DNA of 64,000 nt, taken from the NCBI GenBank assembly GCA_030141605.1, contig JAQGDQ010000961.1, positions 1 through 64,000 on the forward strand, given 5' to 3'. A model generated the notes under the pieces. The model ran no database searches, was not told the DNA's origin, and worked only from the letters and a program-made list of their open reading frames with translations. Shown here piece after piece: positions 53,801-64,000 of this stretch; position 1 is the stretch's first letter, and the number at the start of each line of letters is the position of its first letter. Origin of the DNA: Tubiluchus corallicola (lineage: Eukaryota > Animalia > Priapulida). A program made the translations under genes and the position numbers.

Positions 53801-56800
53801 AAACTCGCGAAACAACGAGTCCGCGATAAACGAACCGCAAAGTAGCGAGGGAACACTGTAATTCAAAAATTTCATCAAGAATCTTCGTAGTTTAAGTAAG
53901 CAAGGTAACTTGTATTTTCTTAGATCATACAATCATGTTTGGAAACAGCTAGGCGTTGTTTCTAGCAGAATCTTGTAAAATTGATTTTGCGTTTTGCCTT
54001 GGGTTTTTACATCTGCTTTGCTGCTGAGCAAAAACCACATTACATGTGAAAAATAGTAAATAAAAATATATGAAAAACTGTATAACATCATAAATAGTTA
54101 GGTCAGCATAGAAAAGAAAATTATTTACACAGTTTGTCACTCTGCAAACCAGAATTTAACCCTCAACAGCTGGGCCCATTTAAAAGAAAACTGGATGATT
54201 GGTTACTGTAAAAGTTAGCAATTGTTTCTTATATTTGAATAATTAGCTTAGAAAGTTAATTAACAGTAACCAAACACAGCTATTGCTTATGTCAGAAACT
54301 AACCACAGTTTGTGCAATGGTAGGCATCTTCCCTTGCGCGTCAAGCACGTTTGCGTAAGTGTTACTGCTTAAACGCATGATGTCACAAAAATGGGCTCTA
54401 CATCATAGGACGTCAAAAACTAACACTGCAGTTCATGATCATGGTACCGCCATCTATTTATCGGCCACGCGAATGTCACAAAATTTGCCAATCTTAGCCG
54501 AGGTAATCATTATTTAATCAAAGTTTTGATTTAAAAAAATCTATTGTAGTTTTCAATATTTTAGAGCATTCTTTATTCTGAACTAATGTTTACACAGTCA
54601 TCCGGTTTTCCTTTAATGTGGATGGTAGAGATAGGACTGGAACATAAATTGCCATCAAAGATGATCCATTTACATTGTAAGTTAAGCCAGCAAAGTATCT
54701 TAGACACATTTGGACATGTATACACACTACACAGTCTCTTTAATATACAAATGACAAGGAAAAGCACGACAGAAGCAATCCCCCCACAGTCACCAACCCT
54801 CTTACTGAACAGGATTGATGTAGTTTAACTACAGGCACTAAGACGACTTTACCACTCACTTAGTAGCAAACATTAAATACATACAAACACAACACTAAAC
54901 TTCATAATATCAACATGATTACCTATAATGATGTCGGTTGAGCTAGTTTAGATAAAAATAAACAAAATCAAGTTTAGAACTCAGATCTTTTTCAGAAACT
55001 TATCAACAAAAAAACTAAAAGAAGCTTACCTGATACGATGAGGCCGGTCCATTCTGCAAGGGCACTCCCCCTTCCGGATGTATTTCTTGAACTTGGAATG
55101 GTTGAGCTGCCGTGACTAATTGCTGTCCCTTTGCTCTGTACAACCGATCTCTTAAAACTGCAACCTTCTCCTTTAATTAAAAATAAAAACTTTTAGTTAC
55201 TAATAATTACTGCATTTCAAGAAAGTACTAATTAGTATCAACTAACATTATATAAGGTGACATGTTTTGTTCACGGACACTGTCAAAGCCTTACTGAACT
55301 GCGCATCAAGAAATTCATGCAAAACAGCCAAACAGGAAAAGTTGAAAAAACAGATTTTATGTAAAAAACCTGAGAACAAACGTAATAAGGTCAGAATTTG
55401 ATCCTACTGCCTATGGTATCTTCATTGCTAACTTAAGTAGTCTGCAAATGTAAAATACTGATATTGTCTAGGTTTACTTATATCAGGTGGTAGAAAAAAA
55501 ATATGCCAAACTTTTCATCATGAAATATTAAGCAAATAATAGCTGTATCACTTGGAAATTACCACACTGGCCTTACAGACAACACGGAAAATATTACGTC
55601 ATTCCCTTAAATTTGTCCAAAGTTACAGAATTTTTAAATGAACAAGTTAAAAAAATTAAATGCGGGAAAGTTTTGCGTCAGTACTGCAGCAAGTGCTGTA
55701 TGTGTCCACCAATTTCACGCATTAGTAGTAGACGAACGCATTTCCTTCAATAGCTGACACACTTTCCCACTTCTTTAAGGGGTATTTGATCCCTGTATTA
55801 AACAATGTTACGACCTGCCAACTAGCGGTCAGCTCACGAAACAACGGACTGTGCCCATAGTACGCGGGACTTTTAACGGTCCAGATTTTGTCGGATTTTT
55901 CCGATATCCGAGGTCCGGTAATTCGAGATATGAGTGTATAAAAAAGGGAGACTTGCAGTGAAAGGTGCAAAAGTCTTTGCTGCAGTCAATGTTAGAATCT
56001 GATGCAAAAACATACATTACATGTTAGAAATGGGTAACGGTTCTACTAATATTGCCAAAATAAACAGTTCCTATTCTTACCGCGGCACAGCTGCTCAAGT
56101 AGTACATGGCCGTTTCTAAGCAGCCTTGAGACGCCAAAATCTCTCCATACTGCTGAAATTTATCGACTAGACTGCCAGCGTGAATCTCCGGTGCACGACC
56201 CTTTAACACCTCCACCGCTTTCCATAGTATCATGACCTTCTCCATCAAATCCTGCAAGAAACACGCACTTATAAGTTTGTTAGTTCAAATTTACTGAGCT
56301 ATTCGCCGACAAGGTAACCAGTAACGTAACCAGTACACAATTTCATATACTGTATACTGAAATACTCACTTTGAACATACTGTTTTTTCAAGAATGACTT
56401 ATGTGAAAGAATTATTACTGTTGAATAGTAATTTTGGCACTTGCACAGCTAGTTGTTCCCAGTTACATGCATTTCGCCATTCACTAGTTAGACGGGCACC
56501 AACGCCTACATGTTAGAAATACATTGCACAAAAACAGGTGCTGTACCTTTTAGTTCAGAGTTGTTCAATTGTAACACAACGGTAAGCTTGAAATTTAAAT
56601 TTTAAATTTGCCGAGTTTTTATATATCACAATGAATTTGTACAGCAGCACTGCACTTCAATTACCACTTTCCCGTGCCATCACCACGTGCAACATCCTGG
56701 AGAAATGTTTGAGCTATTGAATATTATGTTCAATTGTGATGTCATCAATGCCATTAATTAAGTTTTAACTTATTAGTTAATTGCAAGAAATGCTTGTCAT

Positions 56801-59800
56801 TATTACGTGCGTTAAAACAAATACTTTTTACCGTACTTCAAAATGGTGTAGTATATGAAAAATCATCCTGTTTTCCTTTAAATACTTTTTTAATGCCTCT
56901 GTGTCTTGGACTACCAGCTTCCTGATTGGCATCTTAATCTGTAAGCTACTACTCAAATAAATGCAGCATTCTAGTAGCATAGCAACAGTCACAGCATCTT
57001 AAAACACGGTAGTAGGCACAAGCTTCGCATAGATCATTAACCAATTTAATTTTACTCATGTATAAAGTGTATATTGATTTCTGTGACTAATAAATAATAA
57101 AATAATAAAATAAATAAATAAATAATAAATAAAAGCAAGTGCAACAAAAATATATTCAGCTTCTCGAAACAAACTTCGCAAGATTATGAAATAAAAAGTC
57201 AGTTTTATCTGATTTCACCTGAAGAGCAAGCGGTGAATTGTTTTGATGGAGGCGTGCCCAGCAATCGGCCAGCTTATCCACGCTCCCAGAGCAGATGTAA
57301 CACAAGCAAGCATTCGTCAACATGTCTTCATCTTCTTCAGCTTCCAGCCGGGTACCAAGCATATCTAAACATATAAATGAAATGATAAGCAAGATCGCAT
57401 AAATTTAAAGCGAACACATTTTTTCCAAACAAGTGAATTCCAGTTTGCTCAGTAACTAGACCAACTGCAACTCGTAAAACAATAAATGCTTGTCAAGTCA
57501 TTGCACTTTTTCAGTTATTTTAGCACAAGGTAAAGGGACCGGCTACATTTTAAAGTGAAACAGATATTTTTAAACGTTTATTAGTGTAGCAGCTCTGCAC
57601 TTTCTTTAAAATATAAAAATTCAATATTACATTAGCAGACGTGCACTAATTAAGAAAACTGTTGTTAAAAACCTACATCTTTACACTAGCGACATAAAAA
57701 AGCTATTATTTTTATGAAAATTTATGTAAAGGAAAATTTATTTCATAAACTAAAGAAGACTAATTAGCAAATTAACTTAAAATTTTACAAAGCAAAAAAG
57801 GCTACAAGGCAAAGCAACGACATTTCAATAATCAACATTATCAAAGTGACCTATACATAGGGTTACCATACGTCCGGGTTTCCCCGGACACGTCCTCTTT
57901 TTGGGCCTCTGTCCGGGAGGGGTTTCAAAAAAATCGGCAGTTTGTCCGGGTTTGATTCAATCCGTAAGTATGTACGGACGTTGCCAACTGCAGAAGCGTA
58001 TGACAGTATGAGACAAAGAAAAGCTTGCTAATTTTCAATACAAGATGTTGCTAACATCTCAAAATGCAACCCTTGTACATATTTACTGAACAAAAGTAAG
58101 ATTTGTGCACATCATTATGGGTCATACGACTCACACTGCTGTCGATACTCGGCGTATTCTCGCTAACGACTTCAGGGAGCCATTTTGTTTGTTTTCATGT
58201 GAATTTCTTTAAATTCGTATAGTTTCGCTGTTTTGCAGTTTTGAGCAACTGGTAAAAGTTAATTAGAAAGTAGCAATGCCAAAACGACAGTGTGCGTTTA
58301 CAAATGAAATGAAAGCCAAGTACCCGTGTTTTCGCGCAGGTCGATGTTACTGGGAAGCCGAATGCTTGACACGTGGTCTTCTTTTTCAACTCAGAGAATA
58401 TGGTAACCCTACCTATACGGCAATTTAGCCTTTCTAAACAGAAACTGTAATGCCGACACATCCAAGCTTATAATACATTAAATAAACAACTTTTAAATAG
58501 AAAAAAGAATTAAGGTGCATCAGAAACAAAACACTTAACATCATTAAATATCAGATTTAGATGTCCGGTGTTTTTATTCATCATTGCACTCTGTTTCCTA
58601 AATGCAGCAACACTTTGTAACACATGAAAGCAAAAATTTAACAGTCTGCAAAACACAACTATCATGTATTTTACCACAGAGGATGCTAAAACTGTCTGGT
58701 GGGGAATATGTCAAGATCGTCGCCAAAGCTTCCTTCCAACTATCCAGTGAGCATGTAGAAATGATGTGCCGCCAGTCTTGCCTTACTATTGATGAGATCA
58801 TCTGTTAAAATAATTTAAAAGAAAACTGAGTAATGTGTTTGCTCAGTATATTAAGTGAGAATGTGTACAGTAATGATACAGCCTGATCTAAAGCTAAATA
58901 AATTAAAACCAATTTATAATACTTCAACTTTCTTTTTAATAGATACAGTAGGTGCCACTTATTAGACTCAGTGTTAATAGAATCAGTCGCCTAACTGACT
59001 CATAAATGTCTCATAACGGCCACTCCTATTCAAATGTATATATAAATTGTTGGCAAGTAACTCAAATAACTCCACAAGTTTGACTTATTTTTGTTGATGT
59101 AGTTAAATAAGAAACTTATGTGTGATCAAACTACTTTACAACTTTTATGCCACCTTAACACCACTTTTATGTAGAATATACGTAGAAACAATCAAGTTAA
59201 GTACAGTTTTGCTTGAAAGAACAGTTATATCTGTCAATAAGTAATATGCTAGCTAGCGGTTTTGCTTTGAATCTATTACCCGCTTGCCGAATGCAATTAA
59301 ACTTCTTTCCCAGAATTTATGGAAGCTAAACTTTTAATCACGCTTTGTTTTTGAAGCTCTTGCTGCTTTTCACAGAGAGTTTAATCAAGTAACTGTTACT
59401 GTTATGCCACTGATGCAAATGCAGTAATCTGCCAGTGTTCTTTGTGACTTTACAAGTAAACATCTTAGAGCAACTAGGAGCATAAAGTTAATTTTCAAAA
59501 AATTAATGGAGCATAAGCGTAAAGACATAATATTTAAAGCTCTTACAGCCTTTGCAGTGCATGTTAAACTGGTCATCATCATCCATCCAATGAATCATAT
59601 GTCCATGGACACGATTCTGTTCACCTCCCTATGCCAGGATTCCCTACTCGCTGCAATGCCCAATGTGCATTTGTCTCTGAGGATCAGTACTTAAGTGTTT
59701 AAATCTTTCTGTGCAAAATCTAAATATGTTAACATTTGTTCTCCTGCAGGTCTTCTGGCTGCTTCTATGACTTGCTGACGAGCTATCTTCAATGGATCAT

Positions 59801-62800
59801 TATCAGGTAGTCTAAGCATATTCCCAATCCATCTTAAACAACGTCTTTTTATTTTTTTCTTCTATTATTTTTTCATTTAGATCTTTATTTGAGATTTTCA
59901 AACTAAAATGAAGATTGATCACACGTACTTCAATACTAGTAATAACTACATGTGTCAGCTAATCGATTCACTCAGTTAATTGGGTCAAAACACTTCCAAC
60001 ACAAACAGTCTGTTAAGTGCCACCTATTATATCACTAAATCAAGCAAAAAACACCACTAGCAATGCAGGCAATAGCAAATTATTAATGCTGAATGAGCAG
60101 AAGTCTATGTATTTTTTTAAGCAAAATAATGATACAATAAAGTAAGAATTTTATAGGAACAATTATTCTACAATTGATACAAAGTCCACAAAGCAGTAAA
60201 ATTATTTATTTACGGTGGACTTTAGAAAGAAATTACTAACACATTAAGTAACACAAATGTATTTCCATATTTTACCTTTCCTATAGCTGTTTTGTGTGTT
60301 TTGAAGTACCTATCTTGTGTTCGGGATAAAAGTTCGGGACCACCAGCTTTAGCCAGTATGATGGCATCTGCTATGCGGTTGTCATGGAAGCACAATTCAA
60401 CTGCTGCTTCAAAATTTCCAGCTAGCAAGGCTTGGCCAATCAATCCGTCAGTGTCTGAAAGACGTAAAGACAAACATATTTAGATTTCACAACCATCATT
60501 TTGTTATGGGGTTATTGATTTCCTTTGTCAACAAGCAAATTTTTCTTGTTCCTTTACATTTAGATTCAGATTTATTATGTACAATGCCAGTGCGTAGGAG
60601 TTCCTTGTTGAAGCTGACACTAAGCTTATGACTAGGACACTGATCTAGTAATTGTTGATGGTACCAGCCGGCACAGCTGAAATGTCACCTCTAGTTAAAA
60701 AGCTTCCTGGTTTAATAAAGAGTTGGCTGTTAAAAAAATATAAAGAAAAAAGCTGACAATCTCAGTAGCTTTTGTACAGTGACTCAGTAAACTCTCTGAC
60801 TAGCTCACACTCAGTCTCGGGCCAGGCAGACTCTTGAACTGCTTTTAAGTTTGACAAGCTTGGCTCATTGGAAAAAGTTATCTCTAATCACATCTTCTAT
60901 CATTGTAATACGTTTGGAACAGTGAGGTTAAAAAAGGGAGTCACCTAAAAAAACAGACGTTGAACACTAAATCTCCAAAACAGTCTTTCTTACAAATGTA
61001 ACGTACTAGCAAACGATCATCAAAGAAAACAGTTACAAAGGGATACAATAACAATGTAATATGACAACACATCCTGTAACAACGTATGGTAGAGGAAAAA
61101 TAACCTTCTTTAACAGGAATCGCTAGGGGAGATTCCGGGCGAGAATCATCAGCACTCTGAGCTGTTGCTGCTATGGAATCGAAAGCTGCCGTGGCGTCTC
61201 CCAAGCTGTTACACGGCGTCTTTGCACCGCCACTCGCTACCACAGGGGAAGACAGATCTGTACTTTTGCTCGTACCGTCTACAAGACCCTGTAAAGCAAA
61301 AAATTTCGTTTGCTCACTACAAACACTGTTTGTGCCAGCATGATGAAACTTGCCTGTCAGTTGCTACTGATATTATACAGTGTCAAGGTAAAATCACGTC
61401 GCAGATACATGAGTTTGGACACAGTGATGCCTGGAGATACGAAATTAATTCGTTCTGGAGGGGCATTTGTATCTTAGAATTTTCGTATTATGAGACAGGA
61501 TTTACCCTATAAATGGCGCAATTTGTTACCCCAACTCCCTTCCCTCCCCGAAAACAGTCGTACAAAGTGCAACAGAGTAGCTTGATGGCGGCGGAGGAGG
61601 AGGCAGCGAACAGAGTTTTGACACGTGAGCATTCACGTGATGCTACGAAGTGCATTCTGGGAGGACCGCTGTCGGGCGGCACTTTCAATTTTCCTTTTCG
61701 TATCTTGAATATTTTTTCGTTAAATGGGATGGATATTTCTTCGAAGCCCGATTCATATTCTGAATTTTTCGTACAATAGGGTTTTCGTAAGTCGAGGTTC
61801 CACTATACAGTGTTCTCTCACTTATCGCGGGTGTTCCGTTCCAGGCCTACCCGCAATAAGTGAACTTCCGCGAAGTAGGGACCTTATACTTATTTTAGTA
61901 GTTAAACATTATTTTAAGTCTTTATTATAAACCCTCCCCACACTCTTATACATAACCCTTTCCCATTCCCTTAATAACTTTTCCCATACTGTACATGTAC
62001 CGTTTAAAAAACTTTACTTAATGTTCATAAAAATGTTTTAAACTCTTAATCCTAGATACGTAATATTAAAAATTTGACGTGTATTGGGTACAATCTCATG
62101 TCGGCAAGTAGCATCTCAAGCGGGCACAAGTACTACATTTCGTTTTTGGTGTTTATTCATCTGCCGAATAAATACACTATTTACTGTAAATGGTAATTTT
62201 TTATGATTTATAATATTCTTTTAATGTTAGAATTAATATTTTTGATACATTTTTATACATTTTGTGATTTTTTTATGCAAAATTCATCAAATCTATACAT
62301 TACTGTACAATACGTACTACGCATGCACAAAAATACTTTAGACGGAGTACCGCAAAAACCGGCGAAACAGGGAAAATATTGCGATAAATATTTTACATTA
62401 ATATTTTTGAAAACCCGCGAAACAGCGAGTCTGCGATAAACGAACCGCCATGTAGCGAGGGAACACTATATAGTGAATTAAAATTTTTGCTCAACCCTGT
62501 GTTGACACTGTGTGTTTATAATACATATATAAATGCCTTCTGCTGCTGACAACTCCTTTTTTCCATACTTGTTCATTATGACGTACGTGTTTTGTAATTA
62601 TAATTTGTTATTGCTTGTATTTGAATAATTGTGTAATTGTATAATTATTGTATACTTGTAATCTTGTTACTGTCACTCATCGTTTGCACCTGCATTGCAT
62701 TATATTATTGTGTTTTCTACGTGCGCATTGTATCGTTTACTAATATGTACTGTACCATTCGCGTATGTAATAAATAATAAATAAGAACATGGATGTATAA

Positions 62801-63968
62801 TGACAGTATGATAGTGAGTATAAGAAAATGTATTTTCCTATGATTATAACTCTTTAACCCGCATATCTTGTAAAAACACTTGTGCTCGGCAGATAATGCA
62901 AACTAATGTAAACCAGTGGCAACTGAAATGTTTGCACCATGCAGTTAAAGCACAAGAAAACCCTCCACTTACATCAAGCTTAAAAAATATGTTTTGAAAT
63001 TTTATATCACTTACGTACTGCCTTTTTGCAGGTAGAGATTGCGTCGACAGTAACGCTGTATAAAACCTGTAAATTTAAACTCCCGCCATGACCGTTAGAC
63101 GCAGCCATTTTAATGGTAGGTCGTTTGAAGCAAGTTTAGATAACATTAAGTAAAGTTTGAAAAATAATCAGAGCACGCGTAGCACACATGTTACTAACTA
63201 AATAAAATTTAAATTACTGTATCTTGTCAATAAAAAAATAAGTTTTTGGTTAATGAGTGGTGCACCCTGGAGAGTGAGCCAGCAACTTTCTACCAACTGG
63301 CACGAACATTTTAAATTATTATATTTAGTTACATAAGTCTTTCCAGCAGGTAAGCAAAATGCTAAGTAATATAACTTTGCATGGAAAATTTTTCGGGACA
63401 TAGTTAAACATTTCCCTTTCTTCCATCGCTTGCGTAGGTGACGCCATGTATTGCAGGACATTTAAAAATGAAAACAGACATTTGTGCGGCTGCTAAGTGT
63501 TTTGTAGAAACGCGACAAAAAACAATGCCAAACTTTCTCAAGATTATGTTTTTCAGTGTGTAACCTGCATCTCAACTTCAACGTGGATTATCTTAGCTTA
63601 GAAATAACATAAAGCAATGAGCTTGGTATCAAATGATTCTCATGAAATGAGGATTCAGGATATGTGAATAACTAGAAAAGCTTAACTGCTGACTTATGGA
63701 CGATAATGTTATCCAAGCACACGTATAGACCTTCATATTTATACATTTGCAGATACATAATTCAGTATTATAATGAAACCAACAAATAAATACATACATT
63801 TGCTGATAAAAGGTGCATACGCTGAGCCAGTTCTTCAGCGCTCACGCCACCTGGTGGTGCGGTGGCTCCGTCGTGTTTTATGGCTGCTGAAATCTTTGCC
63901 GAAAGTGATGCAGAATCATAACCCAGTAGACTAAGAAATTTTCCTCTAGGCTCTTTTTCAAAGTTCAC
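38851..63968 (-). CDS. SEC31: Protein transport protein Sec31 (COPII outer coat), 3' 16 exons: 63968-63798, 61288-61105, 60454-60276, 58801-58675, 57364-57219, 56251-56081, 55170-55030, 53052-52929, 50991-50790, 48849-48770, 46475-46336, 45167-44982, 43743-43663, 42928-42806, 42441-42370, 39030-38851; 5' WD40 exons lie beyond the window
   Basis: Phases join into one frame. ACE1 motifs IGQALLAGNFEAAVELC..RIADAIILAKAGGPELL, WKEALATIL, ACLCYICSG, LQDLMEKV, YGEILASQG; proline-rich region with GWNDPP; C-terminal RKLEDVTKKLEFLYDALR and NFSEISHFMPGVKMLLQ*. Confidence 0.95.
39194..41483 (-). mobile_element. Degenerate hAT transposon (SPIN/Charlie-like, GTF2IRD2-related transposase) in the last Sec31 intron
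   Basis: Perfect 8-bp TSD acttagga; TIRs cagggttgaacaaa / tttgcacacccctg. Broken ORFs 41002-39585 contain FQDRWMNEYF..CLIC..KEYNLKRHY, MATDGAPA, HLNELNTKLQ and LFGSTYVCEQFFS; internal 60-bp and 20-bp duplications. Confidence 0.92.
41694..42303 (+). mobile_element. Tigger-like non-autonomous element retaining a transposase HTH fragment
   Basis: TIRs cagtgttccctcgctac / ataagtgaggggacactg with TA TSD; ~42102-42203 encodes AVDRHYGIDESTVRYIKKEEKNIR (pogo/CENP-B N-terminal HTH-like). Confidence 0.85.
43102..43339. repeat. Purine-rich low-complexity (GA/GGA) tract
   Basis: Directly visible. Confidence 0.9.
44354..44581 (+). mobile_element. Second, 3'-truncated copy of the 5S-headed SINE
   Basis: gtctacgaccatatcacgttgaaaacaccggttctcgtc...gtgctg (5S) followed by atctcgacactaggtggaggagctgcacaagc...aggagtagagc, matching the 17555-18036 element. 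Confidence 0.85.
44580..44945 (-). mobile_element. RTE-clade LINE fragment (post-RT C-terminal region)
   Basis: TKIRIFSALVETVFLYNSELWTL...IDAFQRR..RNILGIRW...LRWIEHMLRL is typical of the RTE ORF2 C-terminus. Confidence 0.85.
47990..48470 (+). mobile_element. Degenerate LINE 3' fragment
   Basis: VKWNTAYRKIFSFRQNES-like translation followed by AATAAA and a (taa)n/A tail at ~48450-48477. Confidence 0.45.
49739..50184. mobile_element. hAT MITE (inverted relative of 57858-58411)
   Basis: tagggttacc ... gaaacccta with perfect 8-bp TSD agtttctg. Confidence 0.85.
50967..51495. repeat. ~101-bp tandem repeat duplicating a Sec31 intron/exon acceptor junction
   Basis: gcaccaggtccttgcgacaatcg.tctaacaagaaaataattcaaaatc begins at 50967 (real exon edge), 51101, 51202, 51303 and 51402. 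Confidence 0.95.
52300..52470. repeat. 40-bp (2x20) tandem repeat
   Basis: ttgagttaccaagacacatttgaattacctaagtctacat repeated ~3.5 times. Confidence 0.85.
53465..53858 (-). mobile_element. Tigger-like MITE, same family as 41694-42303 (partial copy at 51703-51820)
   Basis: TA|cagtgttccctcacttatc ... gtagcgagggaacactg|TA. Confidence 0.85.
57858..58411. mobile_element. hAT MITE
   Basis: TIRs tagggttaccata / tatggtaacccta; TSD cctataca/cctatacg. Confidence 0.85.
58946..60029. mobile_element. Tigger-like MITE with nested RTE LINE 3' end (59573-59900, minus)
   Basis: TIRs as in 22601-23552. The insert matches 44580-44770 and continues to AASRESWHREV..* and a short (ATG)n tail. Confidence 0.8.
61422..62468. 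mobile_element. Two abutting Tigger-like MITEs (61422-61805 and 61808-62468)
   Basis: cagtgatgcctggagatacgaa...ttcgtaagtcgaggttccacta, TA, then cagtgttctctcacttatcgcgg...gtagcgagggaacacta. Confidence 0.75.
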
Positions 63969-64000
63969 CTAAAGTTTTAAAATCAAATATCAAAAAAAGC

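Overview
AT-rich, intron-rich, repeat-dense animal (invertebrate-like) genomic DNA, not prokaryotic. Three host genes can be reconstructed from splice signals and reading-frame phase. (1) The last two exons (TM3-TM7 and tail) of a rhodopsin-class GPCR on + (6615-7980). (2) A complete 9-exon S-adenosylmethionine synthetase (MAT) on - (33080-15722, 403 aa). (3) The 3' 16 exons of the COPII coat gene Sec31 on - (63968-38851). The remainder is a decayed MULE/SWIM transposase, LINE fragments (APE, RTE, CR1/L2-like), a degenerate hAT element with its MITE, many Tigger/pogo-, hAT- and Kolobok-like MITEs, 5S-rRNA-headed and tRNA-like SINEs, and micro/minisatellites. The best leads are a 5S-rRNA-headed composite SINE family, candidate RNA-level regulation of MAT (METTL16-like UACAG acceptors in hairpins, structured intron segments, poison exon, uORFs), and a tandem amplification of a Sec31 splice acceptor. 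These are hand-derived hypotheses; I cannot establish a new biological system from the sequence alone.
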